Part shown: in pieces, positions 11,449 to 37,560 of the stretch
Position numbering within the stretch: the stretch's first letter is position 1
How the letters are laid out: each line of letters starts with the position of its first letter
Source of the DNA: Macrostomum lignano
Lineage: Eukaryota
Assembly: GCA_002269645.1 (NCBI GenBank)
Contig: NIVC01004624.1
Coordinates: 1 to 40,302, forward strand
DNA length: 40,302 nt
Direction of reading: 5' to 3'
Notes under the pieces: generated by a model
What the model saw: the letters and a program-made list of their open reading frames with translations, nothing else
Told to the model about the DNA's origin: nothing
The model's database searches: none
Program-made: the position numbers and the translations under genes

Positions 11449-11787
11449 TTCTATATAATATTTTCCCACTTATTAGTGTTGCTAATGCGCAACCATAATC
11501 GCCTGACTTTCGCTTTTGATTGACTTAATAGGCGGTGTATTGACTTACATTAGTGCGGCATGCACCCACTCCCACACACCCCTCCGCACCACTGCATTGT
11601 GTGTAGCGCTCAGATCGAGATTAATGCAAGATAGGATTAGGCTTGCATAGCGATGACCATCGGATCCTCTGCTTGCGAGTCGTAAAATAGCTATTGGCTT
11701 ACAATGCATATGAATAGCTCACTCAGCTATGACGGGGCAATGGCATCTCAGTCTTTACTTTTGTCGTTCAGTTTGAAAATTTGGTTT

Positions 11788-12363
11788 GATTCTGGCGCCA
11801 CCCCAGATTGTAGGGTCTGACTCTGGCGCCACCCTAGACTGTAGGGTCTGATTCTGGCGCCACCCTAGACTGTATGGTCTGATTCTGGCGCCACCTCAGA
11901 CGGTAGGGTCTGACTCTGGCGCCACCCTAGACTGTAGGGTCTGATTCTGGCGCCACCTCAGACGGTAGGGTCTGATTCTGGCGCCACCCCAGATTGTAGG
12001 GTCTGACTCTGGCGCCACCCTAGACTGTAGGGTCTGATTCTGGCGCCACCCTAGACTGCATGGTCTGATTCTGGCACCACCTCAGACAGTAGGGTCTGAC
12101 TGGCGCCACCCTAGACTGTAGGGTCTGATTCTGGCGCCACCTCAGACTGTAGGGTCTGATTCTGGCGCCACCCTAGACTGTATGGTCTGATTCTGGCGCC
12201 ACCCTAGACTGTATGGTCTGATTCTGGCGCCACCCTAGACTGTAGGGTCTGATTCTGGCGCCACCTCAGACGGTAAGGTCTGATTCTGGCGCCACCTCAA
12301 ACGGTAGGGTCTGATTCTGGCGCCACCTCAGACAGTAGGGTCTGACTCTGGCGCCACCCCAGA
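11788..12363. repeat. 31-nt minisatellite (GATTCTGGCGCCACCCTAGACTGTAGGGTCT)n, about 18 copies
   Basis: Read directly. Each unit has the palindrome TGGCGCCA and a hairpin ACCCTA-GACTG-TAGGGT. Confidence 0.95.
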
Positions 12364-12720
12364 CAAAACTGCTAGCTAATACATGCATCGAGTCAGGCTG
12401 ATCATAGACACAGGCCCAGAGAGGTCACGGGTGACAGGGGAGAATTTTCTGTTCCCATGAAGCAATCCCCAATTCGCACGCTATTGGGCGAAGATCCCAG
12501 AGATTTAGCCGCAACTCACCCCACCTCCTAAGGATCCCAGGATTGGGATTTGGTATTAGCTATAGGATATCTGGGCGCTCAACACACAAGCTCTGTGGTG
12601 TGCAGCCTTTTTCATTGCTGAGCTCTATCGGAAAGATCTACTCTCTCTCTCTTTACCCCTGAAATCTCAGTACCCCATAATAGGAATTGTATATAGGAAT
12701 TGTAAACAGCGCCCGCTGAT

Positions 12721-13259
12721 CCAATCGCTGCCCCCGTATCCGCGATTTGCTGCTGGACCTGCGATTGTTTCTCTCATTGTTGCTAGGGCTGCATCAGTCC
12801 GGGATAAAATATGATTATTCTACAGCTGTTTGCCTCCCCTGCCGCAGCTCATAGGGCCTGTTTAAACAGAATCTGCTTTTAGAAGAGAGCAAGAGACAGA
12901 GATATAGAGACAGCAAGCAGCAATAAATTTGAAAAGAGAAACGGCAGCCTCAGAACTGAAGTGGACAGAAGTGAGACCAAGCAAACTTCATCCAGCGCCC
13001 TCCATCGCCCTATCCATATCGCACGCATTACTGCGTGTATTGCAGTTCTTTCAGTGCATTGCCAGGCTTATTTAAAGCCCCACACCAAATAAGGCGGGGC
13101 AACAGCGGAGACTCGCTCGGACAGACAGAGAAAAAGAAGAATAAACGGGTGCGTGAGTTAAACGAGTTTGCCGCACTGTATGAGTCTGAGAACGCCCCCC
13201 CCCGACCACCCTTGAGCAATTGCTCGAAGGAATTAAAAGAAGAGACAGGGGTTATAAAA
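12721..13259 (+). promoter_or_regulatory. Possible proximal promoter of the cadherin gene (CCAAT at 12721, GC box near 13094, TATAAAA at 13253-13259)
   Basis: Motif matches only; the TATA-like box lies ~220 nt upstream of the ATG at 13480. No transcript evidence. Confidence 0.25.
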
Positions 13260-13479
13260 TCCTTCTGCAATATTCTCTGATGCTTTGTCATCACGCCGTG
13301 CAATGATATTAATATTTCGCCTTCCTAATTTGCATTTTGATACGCAGAAACAACGCCCATCATTCCTGTGCTGCAATAATAAGTGAGTCACTTCCAATTT
13401 TGTGCTCTTCAGTCTAGCCCCTACGCACCACAGCTCGAGATTTGGTGCCGCGGTGGAGACTTCTGGAGCTCCTTGCAAG

Positions 13480-26381
<12,902 letters not shown>

Positions 26382-29300
26382 TTTCTTAGAAACTCAAGGA
26401 TGTCGCAGCAGTATTATTAAATTAAAGTTAAAAAGTTGTCGCGTTCTTCCGACCGCGCATGTCTGCAATTCTTCTTGCAATATTTGACTTTCATTTGTTT
26501 AGTTTCAGTGAGTATTTGTTAAAATAATGTTTCGTAGAACACGGCTTTATTAATATTTTTAGTTCTAACTCTAATGAATGCCTAGCTATAACACTTGCAT
26601 AAAATTTTATTTCTAGACTGCCTCACACAACGCATAATTTTAACATTGATTCTCTTACATGCACCCGTAATTTTAACGTTAAACTTTTCAGCACTTGAGA
26701 TTGCCTTTCATAGTAGTCTGCGTTTAAAAATTAATAACTAAAATAATGAACTTATTTTCACGTTTGATATTTGCTCTAAAGTTAAAGAAATACTAAAATT
26801 TTATTGGTTTGTTTATAACAAGCGAGTAAATTTTTTTGTTTATTGCAGTTCCATCGCCATGGAGAAGCTGCCGCCATCGCCCATTGCCGCAGCTGCTGAG
26901 ACCAAAGCCGTGCCAAAGTAAGCTCACTTGAGTGCTTTGCTGAATATATCATTTTCACTATAGCGATGATGATAAATTCTTCGAAACACAACTTGTTTAT
27001 CAAGCAAAACATGAAATGCTATATTGTTGCTCTCCAGGCTCAGATTAACTGTCGTTATGAATGTGTAATTCACAAGACTTCATTGTCAGGTACACACCTA
27101 AGAGAGTACGCAACATTATACAATTAGTTACATCAGATCAGCATACTCTAGGTGTGGCTTTCATCAAATAGTTATAACAAAACGATTAGCGGAAAATTGT
27201 TTCTATTTAATCTTTGCATCAAAAGTACATGTACGGGCGCCAGAAGCTTTTATAAAAATCTGCACATATTGAAAACCCAATTAGGTGCTAGCGTTATTCA
27301 GTGTCTTCAGTTTTAGGCATTCCGTAGTTTTAAAAAAAATTATTTCGGCTTTTTCTACAGTTTAAAAAATACTTCATTCGTTAAAACAAAAAAATACCGG
27401 TAAATATACTTATCGTTATTTTGCAGTGTTGAAAACTGATTCTAAGGTAATGAAGGAATAAGTAGAGAATTTTTCCTGTGCGTTACTCATTTAGGCTTGA
27501 AATCTCAACAGTATAACAAAGCTTAATGTTGGAGTCGCCGCCCTAAGCTGTCGCTTTTGCTGCGTTTCAAATGTTATGATCAGTGTAGCTACGATGCATA
27601 TTAATTTGTAGTACTTAAATTTATTTCAACAATTTTGCCAACTCTTCTATTCAAATTTCTATCCATCAACTATCAGATGGCTTCTTGGTCTCCGAGAGCT
27701 TGAGGTGCTCGAGCTTGCAGGTCAGGCAAACATAATTTGGAGTTTTTTTCCTGTCTTGTCACTACATTTAAGAGCTCGTATGCGGCGTGTCTGTCGCATA
27801 TTTTTATAAATTTGTTGTCATGACGTAATTTTTAACAAAAAATGTGGTCATATTAGGAGAAAATTTTGGCTAAGATTCAAATGGATACTGCTTTTTGGGA
27901 ATAAAAGCCTTTGAATTGCCCTTCAATTATAACAAATCGCACCCGTGATAACAACCAGATTTATTCGGATTGTCTTGGTTGTGGCTTGATGGCGCACAAT
28001 TAAAACTAACGTCATCAAAATGCATGTTGTCGAAAAATCCTCGGCCCTAACTATAGTACCTCTTTGAAAAGCCTTTGGCAATAAATTCATTATTTATGGT
28101 TATTGACATGTGTGTTTCAGATTTGCTGACTGTTGCCGCTCTCATGCAAATTACTGACAGCAAGTGCCACCCTGTAACCCTTGATCTGTGGCTTCTATTT
28201 TAGCTGGTGGGCCGTTTTGCATGACTTTCCAAAATCAGAGACATATTTTAATACTGTATATCGCGTTAAACCATATTTATTGATGCCAGGTTTGCCTTTT
28301 GATACATGCAGGATCGAAATAGAAAAGCAAAAGACAGAGGCATAATGTGCGGAAGAGATTGAGAGGCATAGCTGGGTACATGTAGATTAGGAACAAGAGA
28401 GAGACAGGATGGCAATTAAGGTGAAGCGATTTTCGAGAAGAGATAAAGTGGAGAAGAGATTAAAGGAGGAAAGAGTCAAAGGGACATCAGGCAGACTGGG
28501 ATGTGTTAGAGGACTTGGAACTTTTGACTTAGGCTTGTATTTTCACCTCAGAATAACTTGTCAAACAAGCGTTAATCTGCCCATTCCTGCCATTCAGATG
28601 CTACGGTGTAGCAACGCCATACGGCGGGGTCGCATCGCTGTTCCTTGGCCTTCAAATGACCCGCGTGCAGACTCCTTTTCAACAGAACGAGCTCCATCAT
28701 TATCAGCAGCAGCAGCAACAAAAACTGACTAACTCCTAATTCGCCTCAAAAAGAATATTTTCCTGACTTTGATGAGTGGCAAAGTGAAGATGAGCTTAGC
28801 AACAAAAAATTCAATAATTACTGGTGCCTCCCAGCCACTGTGACCGTGAGCAGCCGCCTGTGACTCGCTCGTCCGTGAAATTTCGGAGCGAGTTATCAAA
28901 TAGCTAGATGATTCTTTTTAAGCGTCGGGTGTTCCATCAAAAATCCAGTTAACCTCGCTCCCCTCGATGTCTCTTCACGTGACTCTCCGCTCCTTAGCAG
29001 CGCTCTGTTGTCTTGTTTTGAGTGTTCTCTTTCTTTCCATGGTCGCATTTCTTCTGCGAGTCACGAAAACCAACAGTTGACGCTGCACTCGGAGTTGCTC
29101 ATCCGTTAACTATACCTGTCCGTGCACCTGTCTATCGCTAGAGCTGTTGATGAGGGGGGGGGGGCGTCTAGAAAACAAAAAATATCCTAAATTATTGTTT
29201 TAAAGTGTTTCAGAGTACAAAAGTCTGTCAGTTGTTTCAAATTCGAAAAGTTACAGAGTAGCAAATCGTTGAATCTCATTTTGCGATCGTCGATCGTCGA

Positions 29301-30394
29301 TATCGATTTTTGTCATTTTATTTACCTAGTGAATCATCTCTTAGTGAATCTCACTGTCCCTTCTCTTTCTCATCACCCTCCCCTACCTCCCCCCGTAACT
29401 CGCCCTCTTGTCGCCGCTCAGAGGTATCTTTTTGATAGTGCAACTGTCAACATTTATTTTTGTAACCAGAAGAGCAATACTTGTTTAAGTGTATTCTATC
29501 ATAAAGCTATTATAATAACGCTCATCGGAAGCAATATTTTCTATTTTGTGTATTAATTAAAAAAACAAATAAATATTACACACGCTCTAATGTTTATCGG
29601 AAGCTGTTATTAACAAAGTAAAAAAACTGCACAATTTGTTCCTTCAGCCAAAGCTGACTCCGATGTTTGACCATTTAACAGGCCTATCATTCATTTTTAA
29701 GCTATCCCAGGACGCTAAGTATAAGGAATTCTGGGGTGGCTATGTCATTTTTATCACACTATATCAGTGAACATATTCTCCACTATATTTTGCCGTGAAT
29801 TTCTGACGAGGCAATTGTAAAGAAAGGAAATATTCAACAAACAGTGTGAAGAAAATTGACTATAAAATCTGTTTAAATTAGAGTTAAATTGAAGCGACAA
29901 AAGAGCGTGGGGCGCAGGGCCCAAACTCGTATAGTATATTTATATCAGACTTAGGGGGTTGAATCCAGAATAATAAAAGGAGGGGTGGAGTGCGCGACTA
30001 AAGAGAGAGGCGAGAATGGAGAGCCAATCAGAAGGCAGCAAGGGAGAGAGATAAGAATAACAAGATTGAGCTAGATAGAAAGAGAGAAAAACAGAGTAAA
30101 CCGAGACAAGTGAAGGTGAACTAAAGAAATGGCTAGTCAAGTCGTGACAGCAGTGATGAGTGAACTGAACTAGTTCTAGTTGTTGTTGGATTCGAAGTCT
30201 TTTATTTCCAGTCCTTCGGCATGGTCTGGTACGAAATCGACGATTTTTCGAGCTTGTAAAAGCGACTGATTAAATTCGTTCTGCTATTCATTCGGCTTGC
30301 TTGTAGACTCGAAGCGATTGCAATTTCAGCTGTATGCTTGACCATATTTCTTTCCCGATTAGGACGACCTAGCTAGCCAATTTCGGGAGTTGTC

Positions 30395-31100
30395 ATGGCG
30401 ACCATTGCGGGGGAGTCACTCCTAGAGTTGATTGCTAGCAGAAAAGGAGGAATGATTTATTGCTATGATGCGCACTGTAGACTAAGGAAGTTACCGCGGA
30501 CTAAAGGGACTTAATTAGGAAAGTAGCCGAGAAACCTGCGGAGCATCTTTGACGGCCGAGGAGACAGATGCGATAGGTGAAGAGATTAATGGCAGCTATA
30601 TTTAGCGATATAGTCGCAATTTCACTGTTCATATTGTCGCCACTGATGTCGTGCTTGACTGTAACATGCATTTCATCACTGCAAGATGTAGTTTCTATAA
30701 TGTAGGAGCTAGTTTGCAACATTACTACCAAAGCATTGTGGAACTTTGCTGTTATACATTGGTCCTGTTTCTTTTCGTCACTTTATTATGAATTCCTTTT
30801 TTGATTTCTGGGCAAATGCACTGCTGGGTGCCTGTCTTAGCCTTGACCCAAAGTTTTTTTCCCGATTGGTGTGAATTCAATTTTGGTGTCAAGCAAACGA
30901 CGTGGCTTCTTGCACCGAAGATGCGCAGATGCTTGTATTAGGCTCGAAGGCGCATCAGTACGTAGAGAAGATGATGGAGAACCGCAGTGGGGTTCATGCA
31001 GCCGTGGCACTTTTACTTATTATACATGTACTCGAGGCAGTAGTCAACACGCTTAAGAACCAGCTTAATTTCTTTATCACTTACAGTCTAGCGGGCGTCC
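30395..31100 (+). pseudogene. Possible highly degraded MULE/FLYWCH transposase relic
   Basis: MATIAGESLLELIASRKGGMIYCYDAH, then in another frame N*ESSRETCGASLT, resembles FLYWCH (E.I.S.KG..L.Y...Y...W.C....C.A.L.T). Later MRRCLY*ARRR. Many stops; weak call. Confidence 0.3.
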
Positions 31101-31382
31101 CTAACAAGGACCATTGATTTGCAAACTTTAACTGTTTCCTTTTGACCCATGTCCCAGAAATTCAAATGTTCAGTAGCAAGAAAAAGTGTAAGGGTTTTTT
31201 AAATTAAGTGTCAATGTCTTTTTCAGCGCACGGCGCAACCCACGTGGGTAAGAGTAGTGAGTGCGTTAGGAAGTTTCTTGTGCATGGGCCCTTTTGGCGT
31301 GTTTGAAAGCTAAACTTACAGATGTTTTCTATCGGATAAGACTTGACTTTCAATGAGAATAACGGTCCTACGACAACTGCCT

Positions 31383-31470
31383 GTATATATATATATATAT
31401 CGCCACTGATATATATATATATGATATATGATATATGATATATGATATATGATATATAATATATATATAT
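31383..31470. repeat. (AT)n / (ATATG)n microsatellite
   Basis: Read directly. Confidence 0.85.
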
Positions 31471-32379
31471 TAGCATACTTTTGAATTCATTACACTAAAA
31501 CCAGTTTTTTATTTCTCTGCTTGGTATTTCATATTTTTCTTCTACATGTAATTACCAATAATACTATTATTACGAGCTAACTTATGATGTTGCATGCGCT
31601 CTGCTCAGCTAGCAGTCAGTTGTCTTCACAGTCAGCTGTCGCTGAAAGCAGTTGTGCAAAGGCAACGTCGTGCTACCGAAATAACAACAAAAAACAGCAA
31701 CAAAAGACAAAAACCCAGGAAAGCGAAATCATGCGGTCCAGAGTTCGTCAGATGGCGCGCCGCAGCGCGAGCTTATTCAGATATTTTATGCTCGCAATTT
31801 CAACTGGCGAAGTCCTTTTGAAACTCGTGAGACATACAGATCGGGCCCGAGTCGATCCGAGCTAATCTCAACTGTTTTTGGATAAACCATTGATCTCCAA
31901 CAGCTTCCTGAATATTACGAGCTAGCTTGTCTTTGACCGCAGCAGAGAGAAAGTGCAGCGGCTGGGATTCTCATTGAAACCACTGGATGTGGAACGAACT
32001 TCACTGCATGTATCGCATTGGTAGAGAGGTAATTTTGTCCAAAAAGAGCTGACGAAATTCAGGTGAGGTGAGATCAGACAGGGCGTCAGCTTTCAATTCT
32101 ATCACGAATTTTCTGCCTCCCCGCTTGCATTGAGCAGATAGTCATCGGTCTGGCTACATTGGGCCAATCTGATGAGAGTGACAGGCACTTGGCTGCAACA
32201 GAGATTTGTTGCAAGCCTCCTGTTTTGATGATGATGCCTTCCGGTCCTGGGGCAGCCGTTGTTACTGAGACGCGGCTGGAAAGGTTAAGAACGACAAGGA
32301 GAGGCTGCTGGAGGAAAATAGCACTGAAAAACACTATTGAGGACAGATTGCCTTCTGCCTTTGCCTCTGAGGGCTACTG

Positions 32380-33540
<1,161 letters not shown>

Positions 33541-35205
33541 TCTGTATTTAGTTATTGAACCTGTTAAGTTTCATGAGCAATAAAATGTCAAAAACTTTGC
33601 TTTCGCAATGCACTCTACTGGAATGCGGTGGAATGTTTAATGAAAAATTTGAAAGCTACATATTTAAGTCCATTTGTCTTGGCATATATTCCCTCTGGAT
33701 AAGCAATCAGATTTTCTAATAATATTTAGCGAGAAAGGCATTTAAAATTCTTTTGACCTTATACTCTGGAGTTTTCTCCTCCAAACTGGGAGCTATAAAG
33801 CCGGTGGGATTAAGATCCCTATGGTTGCTGGGATTATGGCAGCTAATGAAGCAGGGCCTTTCGCTTTCAGTTTCTCCTTTTTTTACAGCGGATAGAAATT
33901 TTATAACTAGTTACTTTCTTGATTTTTTCGAAAAGCCATCTGTGCTCTGAGGCCTTTGCCGCCAGCTGTGGAAGAATCCGAGCGGTTTCTGTATGTATCA
34001 GTTTCCTAACGCACAGCATAAGTCCGTACTTACACCATTTTTTCAGTCCTAACAATATCAGCATTTGAAGAAATGGACTGGTGACAGAAATTCACGGAAG
34101 TATTCGTTCCATCTGTAACCAGCAACTGCTGCAGCCCAAAGATATGAATATGAGGTGTGAGGTGTGTCGCATTGCGCATTTTTTACCGAAATCTTTTTAC
34201 GACAGCGAACTCCTGACAAAGTCAGTACTGGGTAGGTCGAAGAGCTAGAATTTACAGCGTATCTGCCACCATACATGCTGGTTCATTTTCGAAATTTCGG
34301 CTACTTGGCTGCGCGGTATTTGCATCAGTTGAAAAAGCAGGAGTCAACAGTCAGATATGAGGTGGCAAGACGTATGGCCTGACGGCGTATTTTTGTGGCA
34401 TTCATTAGCAGAGTCAGTCTGTCTGCCGAGTAGTTCCGGTGGGACCTGGAAATCCTTTATGACGAGCGTAATAAATGTTCCACCATATTATGCATAAGTG
34501 CAACTCGGAGCTCTGAAAAGTGAGTAGATTAAGAGACCAGAACTCAGCATTCTCATGTTTCACACAAACATTTGATTGATGGTAGAATTGGTAGAGACTT
34601 TTGAAGAGCGCTTCGTGTGGTTAATTAAGCTTCTCCAGCATGCAGGATGCAGGTCAGGGTTGAATCAACAAGGCAGAAAAGAGACGCAGTGCCGCTCTAC
34701 ATCAGCACGTTTAGTACTCATTACCTGCTTGATGCGTGTATTTGAAGACCGCAGCTTGCTGTGCTTGTCTCCATCCACAAAAAAACTGTTGTCAGTTTGG
34801 TTCTATCAGAGATTCATTCCATATGCTTATCGTTAGCATCGCGGGTGCAACTAATTATTGAAACAGCTCTTTTTTGACAGAAAAAGTTTATACGAGTAGC
34901 AGCATGAGAGCATAGTTGTTTACAGTCGGAAAAAACATTATCCATAAGTTTTCGTCATCACAGATGACTGATTTTTTCTCCCGACACGATTAGATAAACT
35001 CGATTTGCCGGCGCTTCATCAGCTCCTACGATTGCTGATACAGACAGCTGCGTTGGATCGGCATCAGTCTCTGTCGATGTGACATCAGCAGAGTCTACGA
35101 ATGCTGTTGCCTGATAATTTCCCTGCCGATGCTGCGAACACTGTTTCGGCTGCTTTCTGGGGCCTGAAGCCACGGCTAGGTAACGACTGGAGCTGTACTC
35201 AGTCG

Positions 35206-36564
35206 TCACCAGAGCCGCTGCATGCGCGGCCGCCGCGAAGCTGTTGATATCGCTGCAGACGATGTCGTCGCAGTCGCAGCAGTTCGTCCGGCTGATTCGG
35301 CTGGGACTTGGCGACTGATCAGCGGCCTGCTGACTGCCGTCCTGCACTGCCCGCCAGTTCCTGACGCCGCTGACGCCACCACCAGCTGCTCTGGCGGCTC
35401 TTTGGGCACCACCGGGCCAGCGCGTCTTAACAGCAGGCAAACATTGCGCCGAAAATTCTTGGAGCTGAAAAAGTACACGAAGCCGTTGATTGCATTGTTC
35501 AACACTGACACCATGACGAGTGTCATTCCCGCGGTGCCGACTTGCCGGCGGATGTTAGCTTGATTCTTCAAGTCGAACACTGCGTCAAAAATTTCAAAGA
35601 TGCACTGCGGCATGGTGAGGAAGATGTGCAGCAGGCACACAGGAACCAGCATTTTGTTTGCCGTGCTGCTGCTGCTGCCGCTGCTGCGGCCTTCAAGCCG
35701 CTTTGCCTCTCTGGCGTCCTCCGTGAGCATCAGCGTTCGACGCTGATTCGCCCGTCGAATAATGCGAATAAGTGTGGCGTTGAACACCGCCATGAGGATG
35801 AAGGGCACCAGGCTGTACAGCACCAGTGTCGTGATGAAGAATGCCAAACGAAACTGGCTGTCTGGCGAGTCGCACTTGTCCTTGTCAACGCGCAACTTGA
35901 GAAATATTATCAAGTTTTTGGCGAAAAGAATTGCCAGCGCGACAGTCCAGGTCAGAATCTTTGGTCGCCTTCGATAGTGCAAGTTCGAATGGTGCGGCCA
36001 ACGAGCAAACAGGAAGCGTTCCATGGTCATCAGGACCAGGATCCAGGTGGCCGCCTCCTTCAGGAAGTAGGTCAGGAAGGTGTGCAAGGTGCAGACAAAG
36101 TCGCTGTGCAGTCGGATGTCAAAGCCTGTGGCCAGCGCGATGAAGTAGCGCACCGGGTTGACCAGCAGAACGTTGAGGTCGGCAACCGCAAGCGCCGTGA
36201 AGACGTCACGAGATTTTGAGACGCCCGAAGCTCGGCGCATTACAGCAACGACGACCGTGTTGGAGACGACGCCGACAACGATGAGGACCGGGAAGTAGAC
36301 GATCCCGAAGAAACGAATCACGGGGGAGAAGCGCGGACCAGCGCCTCCCCCGGAGCCCACAACTTCCTCCAGTTGAGAGCTGTTGGAAACTTGCTCGTCG
36401 AAGAGCGGCATTTTAGAAATGAAAGTCAAGCTCACTCGCTTTACGTATTTATGCGTTTTCTTTACAGAATTCGAATGGGAGCTCGGTCTTCGCCTATTGG
36501 CTAGCAGAATTATAGCAGCACCGCCGCTTTTGTGTCTTGGCTGAAGAGAAGGATTCGAATGCAA
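35206..36564 (-). CDS. Intronless class A (rhodopsin-like) GPCR, FMRFamide/peptide-receptor-like orphan; likely start Met at 36411; C-tail may extend to 34958
   Basis: Seven hydrophobic helices: TM1 VGVVSNTVVV, TM2 LAVADL, TM3 C...TWILVLMTMERF, TM5 LVPFILMAVFN, TM6 IFLTMPQ, TM7 NNAINGFVY, helix 8 SSKNFRR; ECL2 Cys present. ERF and xNFxxY-like motifs are typical of the FMRFamide-receptor-like branch. Confidence 0.93.
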   Translation of the reverse strand: MHSNPSLQPRHKSGGAAIILLANRRRPSSHSNSVKKTHKYVKRVSLTFISKMPLFDEQVSNSSQLEEVVGSGGGAGPRFSPVIRFFGIVYFPVLIVVGVVSNTVVVAVMRRASGVSKSRDVFTALAVADLNVLLVNPVRYFIALATGFDIRLHSDFVCTLHTFLTYFLKEAATWILVLMTMERFLFARWPHHSNLHYRRRPKILTWTVALAILFAKNLIIFLKLRVDKDKCDSPDSQFRLAFFITTLVLYSLVPFILMAVFNATLIRIIRRANQRRTLMLTEDAREAKRLEGRSSGSSSSTANKMLVPVCLLHIFLTMPQCIFEIFDAVFDLKNQANIRRQVGTAGMTLVMVSVLNNAINGFVYFFSSKNFRRNVCLLLRRAGPVVPKEPPEQLVVASAASGTGGQCRTAVSRPLISRQVPAESAGRTAATATTSSAAISTASRRPRMQRLW

Positions 36565-37324
36565 AATTCGGCAATTGCAGTCTCTGTGGGCATCACTGTA
36601 CTAATGGTAACAAGTACCAGTGCACTGCAAAACCTAAGCCGTTGGTTTCTGAATGATTTCCGTGGAATAGATTCCTGCAACAAACTAGCATATTAGCTAG
36701 ATGAATTCTTTCGATGACATTTCGAGCGAAAGTTTGTAGAGCCTTTCTAGAATCGTTGTTGATATGAAGCCGATCGGGTCGGCTTCTTTGATTAGTTAAC
36801 CTGGATAACGGCATTTACTTGATCATCTTTCAAGCTTGGCGCCTCAGCAAGATAATCTTTGGTAGGTCACAATCTCTTAAACCCTGCCTTTGTAGATCCG
36901 AGTTTGTAAAGAAGCAAATATTTTTCCGTTTCAAAAACAATACGCAAAATATTTATTCGACAAAATTAAGCTGGCTACGCTTGTAATGCTGGCATAAAAC
37001 AGCTGGCCGTGGTTGTATTCGCCACCAACTCTGCCAGAAATTCGATCTCAGGGGATGGCAGTGGTTACACGCAAGAAAATTTCTTGAATAACCTTGATGA
37101 CGCGCAAAAAATGATTTTAGTTTTAGCTACACCAATAGCATCAACGCATCCGTGTCCTAGCTTTCTACTGATGTAAGTAGAGATAGTCGACTTTTTCGAC
37201 TTACTGTATTTTTTCAAGTTCTATAAGTCAGTTGATGAAATGTTTTTTGCATTGTTTATTTAATATCGCCAATGCAACAACAACAAAATACACTGACAGC
37301 AAAATACGCAGTTAGCGTCAAAGA

Positions 37325-37560
37325 GCGCGCTTCAAGGCCAGGTCGCGAATGGGGCAACGGCGTCAGCCAGCAGGCAGTCGATGAAACGCCGGGTGCGCGC
37401 CTGCCCCCGCCGGTAGGGTGTCTGCAGCGTCAGCAGCAGCACCTCCAGCACCGGCTGTTGGCAGTACATCTCAGCGCGGATGATGTGGCCTGCAAGCTGG
37501 AGTCGCCGACGGTGCAACAGGTCGCTTGGGCAGACTAAGCCAGCGCGTACACTAGTACAA
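37325..37560 (-). mobile_element. 5'-truncated non-LTR retrotransposon (RTE/L2-like) ORF2 C-terminal fragment
   Basis: RRRLQLAGHIIRAE...LLLTLQTPYRRGQARTRRFIDCLLAD matches the post-RT motif RRRL.WxGHxxR...RxRG..R..W.D of RTE-type LINEs. Confidence 0.65.

Noticed and set aside
9335-12363. 31-nt and 32-nt partly palindromic repeats resembling CRISPR direct repeats
   Set aside because: Units are head-to-tail with no unique spacers, there are no cas genes, and the context is spliceosomal eukaryotic DNA.
12375-12387. GCTAATACATGCA, a motif found in SSU rRNA
   Set aside because: Only 13 nt, with no flanking rRNA similarity.
13383-13412. 30-nt GTGAGT...TTCAG mini-intron or trans-splice acceptor in the cadherin 5' UTR
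   Set aside because: Probably too short for cis-splicing; spliced-leader addition cannot be judged from genomic sequence.
32168-32200. Hammerhead-like CTGATGA followed by a short stem (also CTGACGA near 29805)
   Set aside because: The required GAAA and closing stems I/III are absent.
35440-35462. Programmed -1 frameshift site at AAG AAT TTT in the GPCR
   Set aside because: The heptamer is G_AAU_UUU, not X_XXY_YYZ, and no stimulatory structure was identified.
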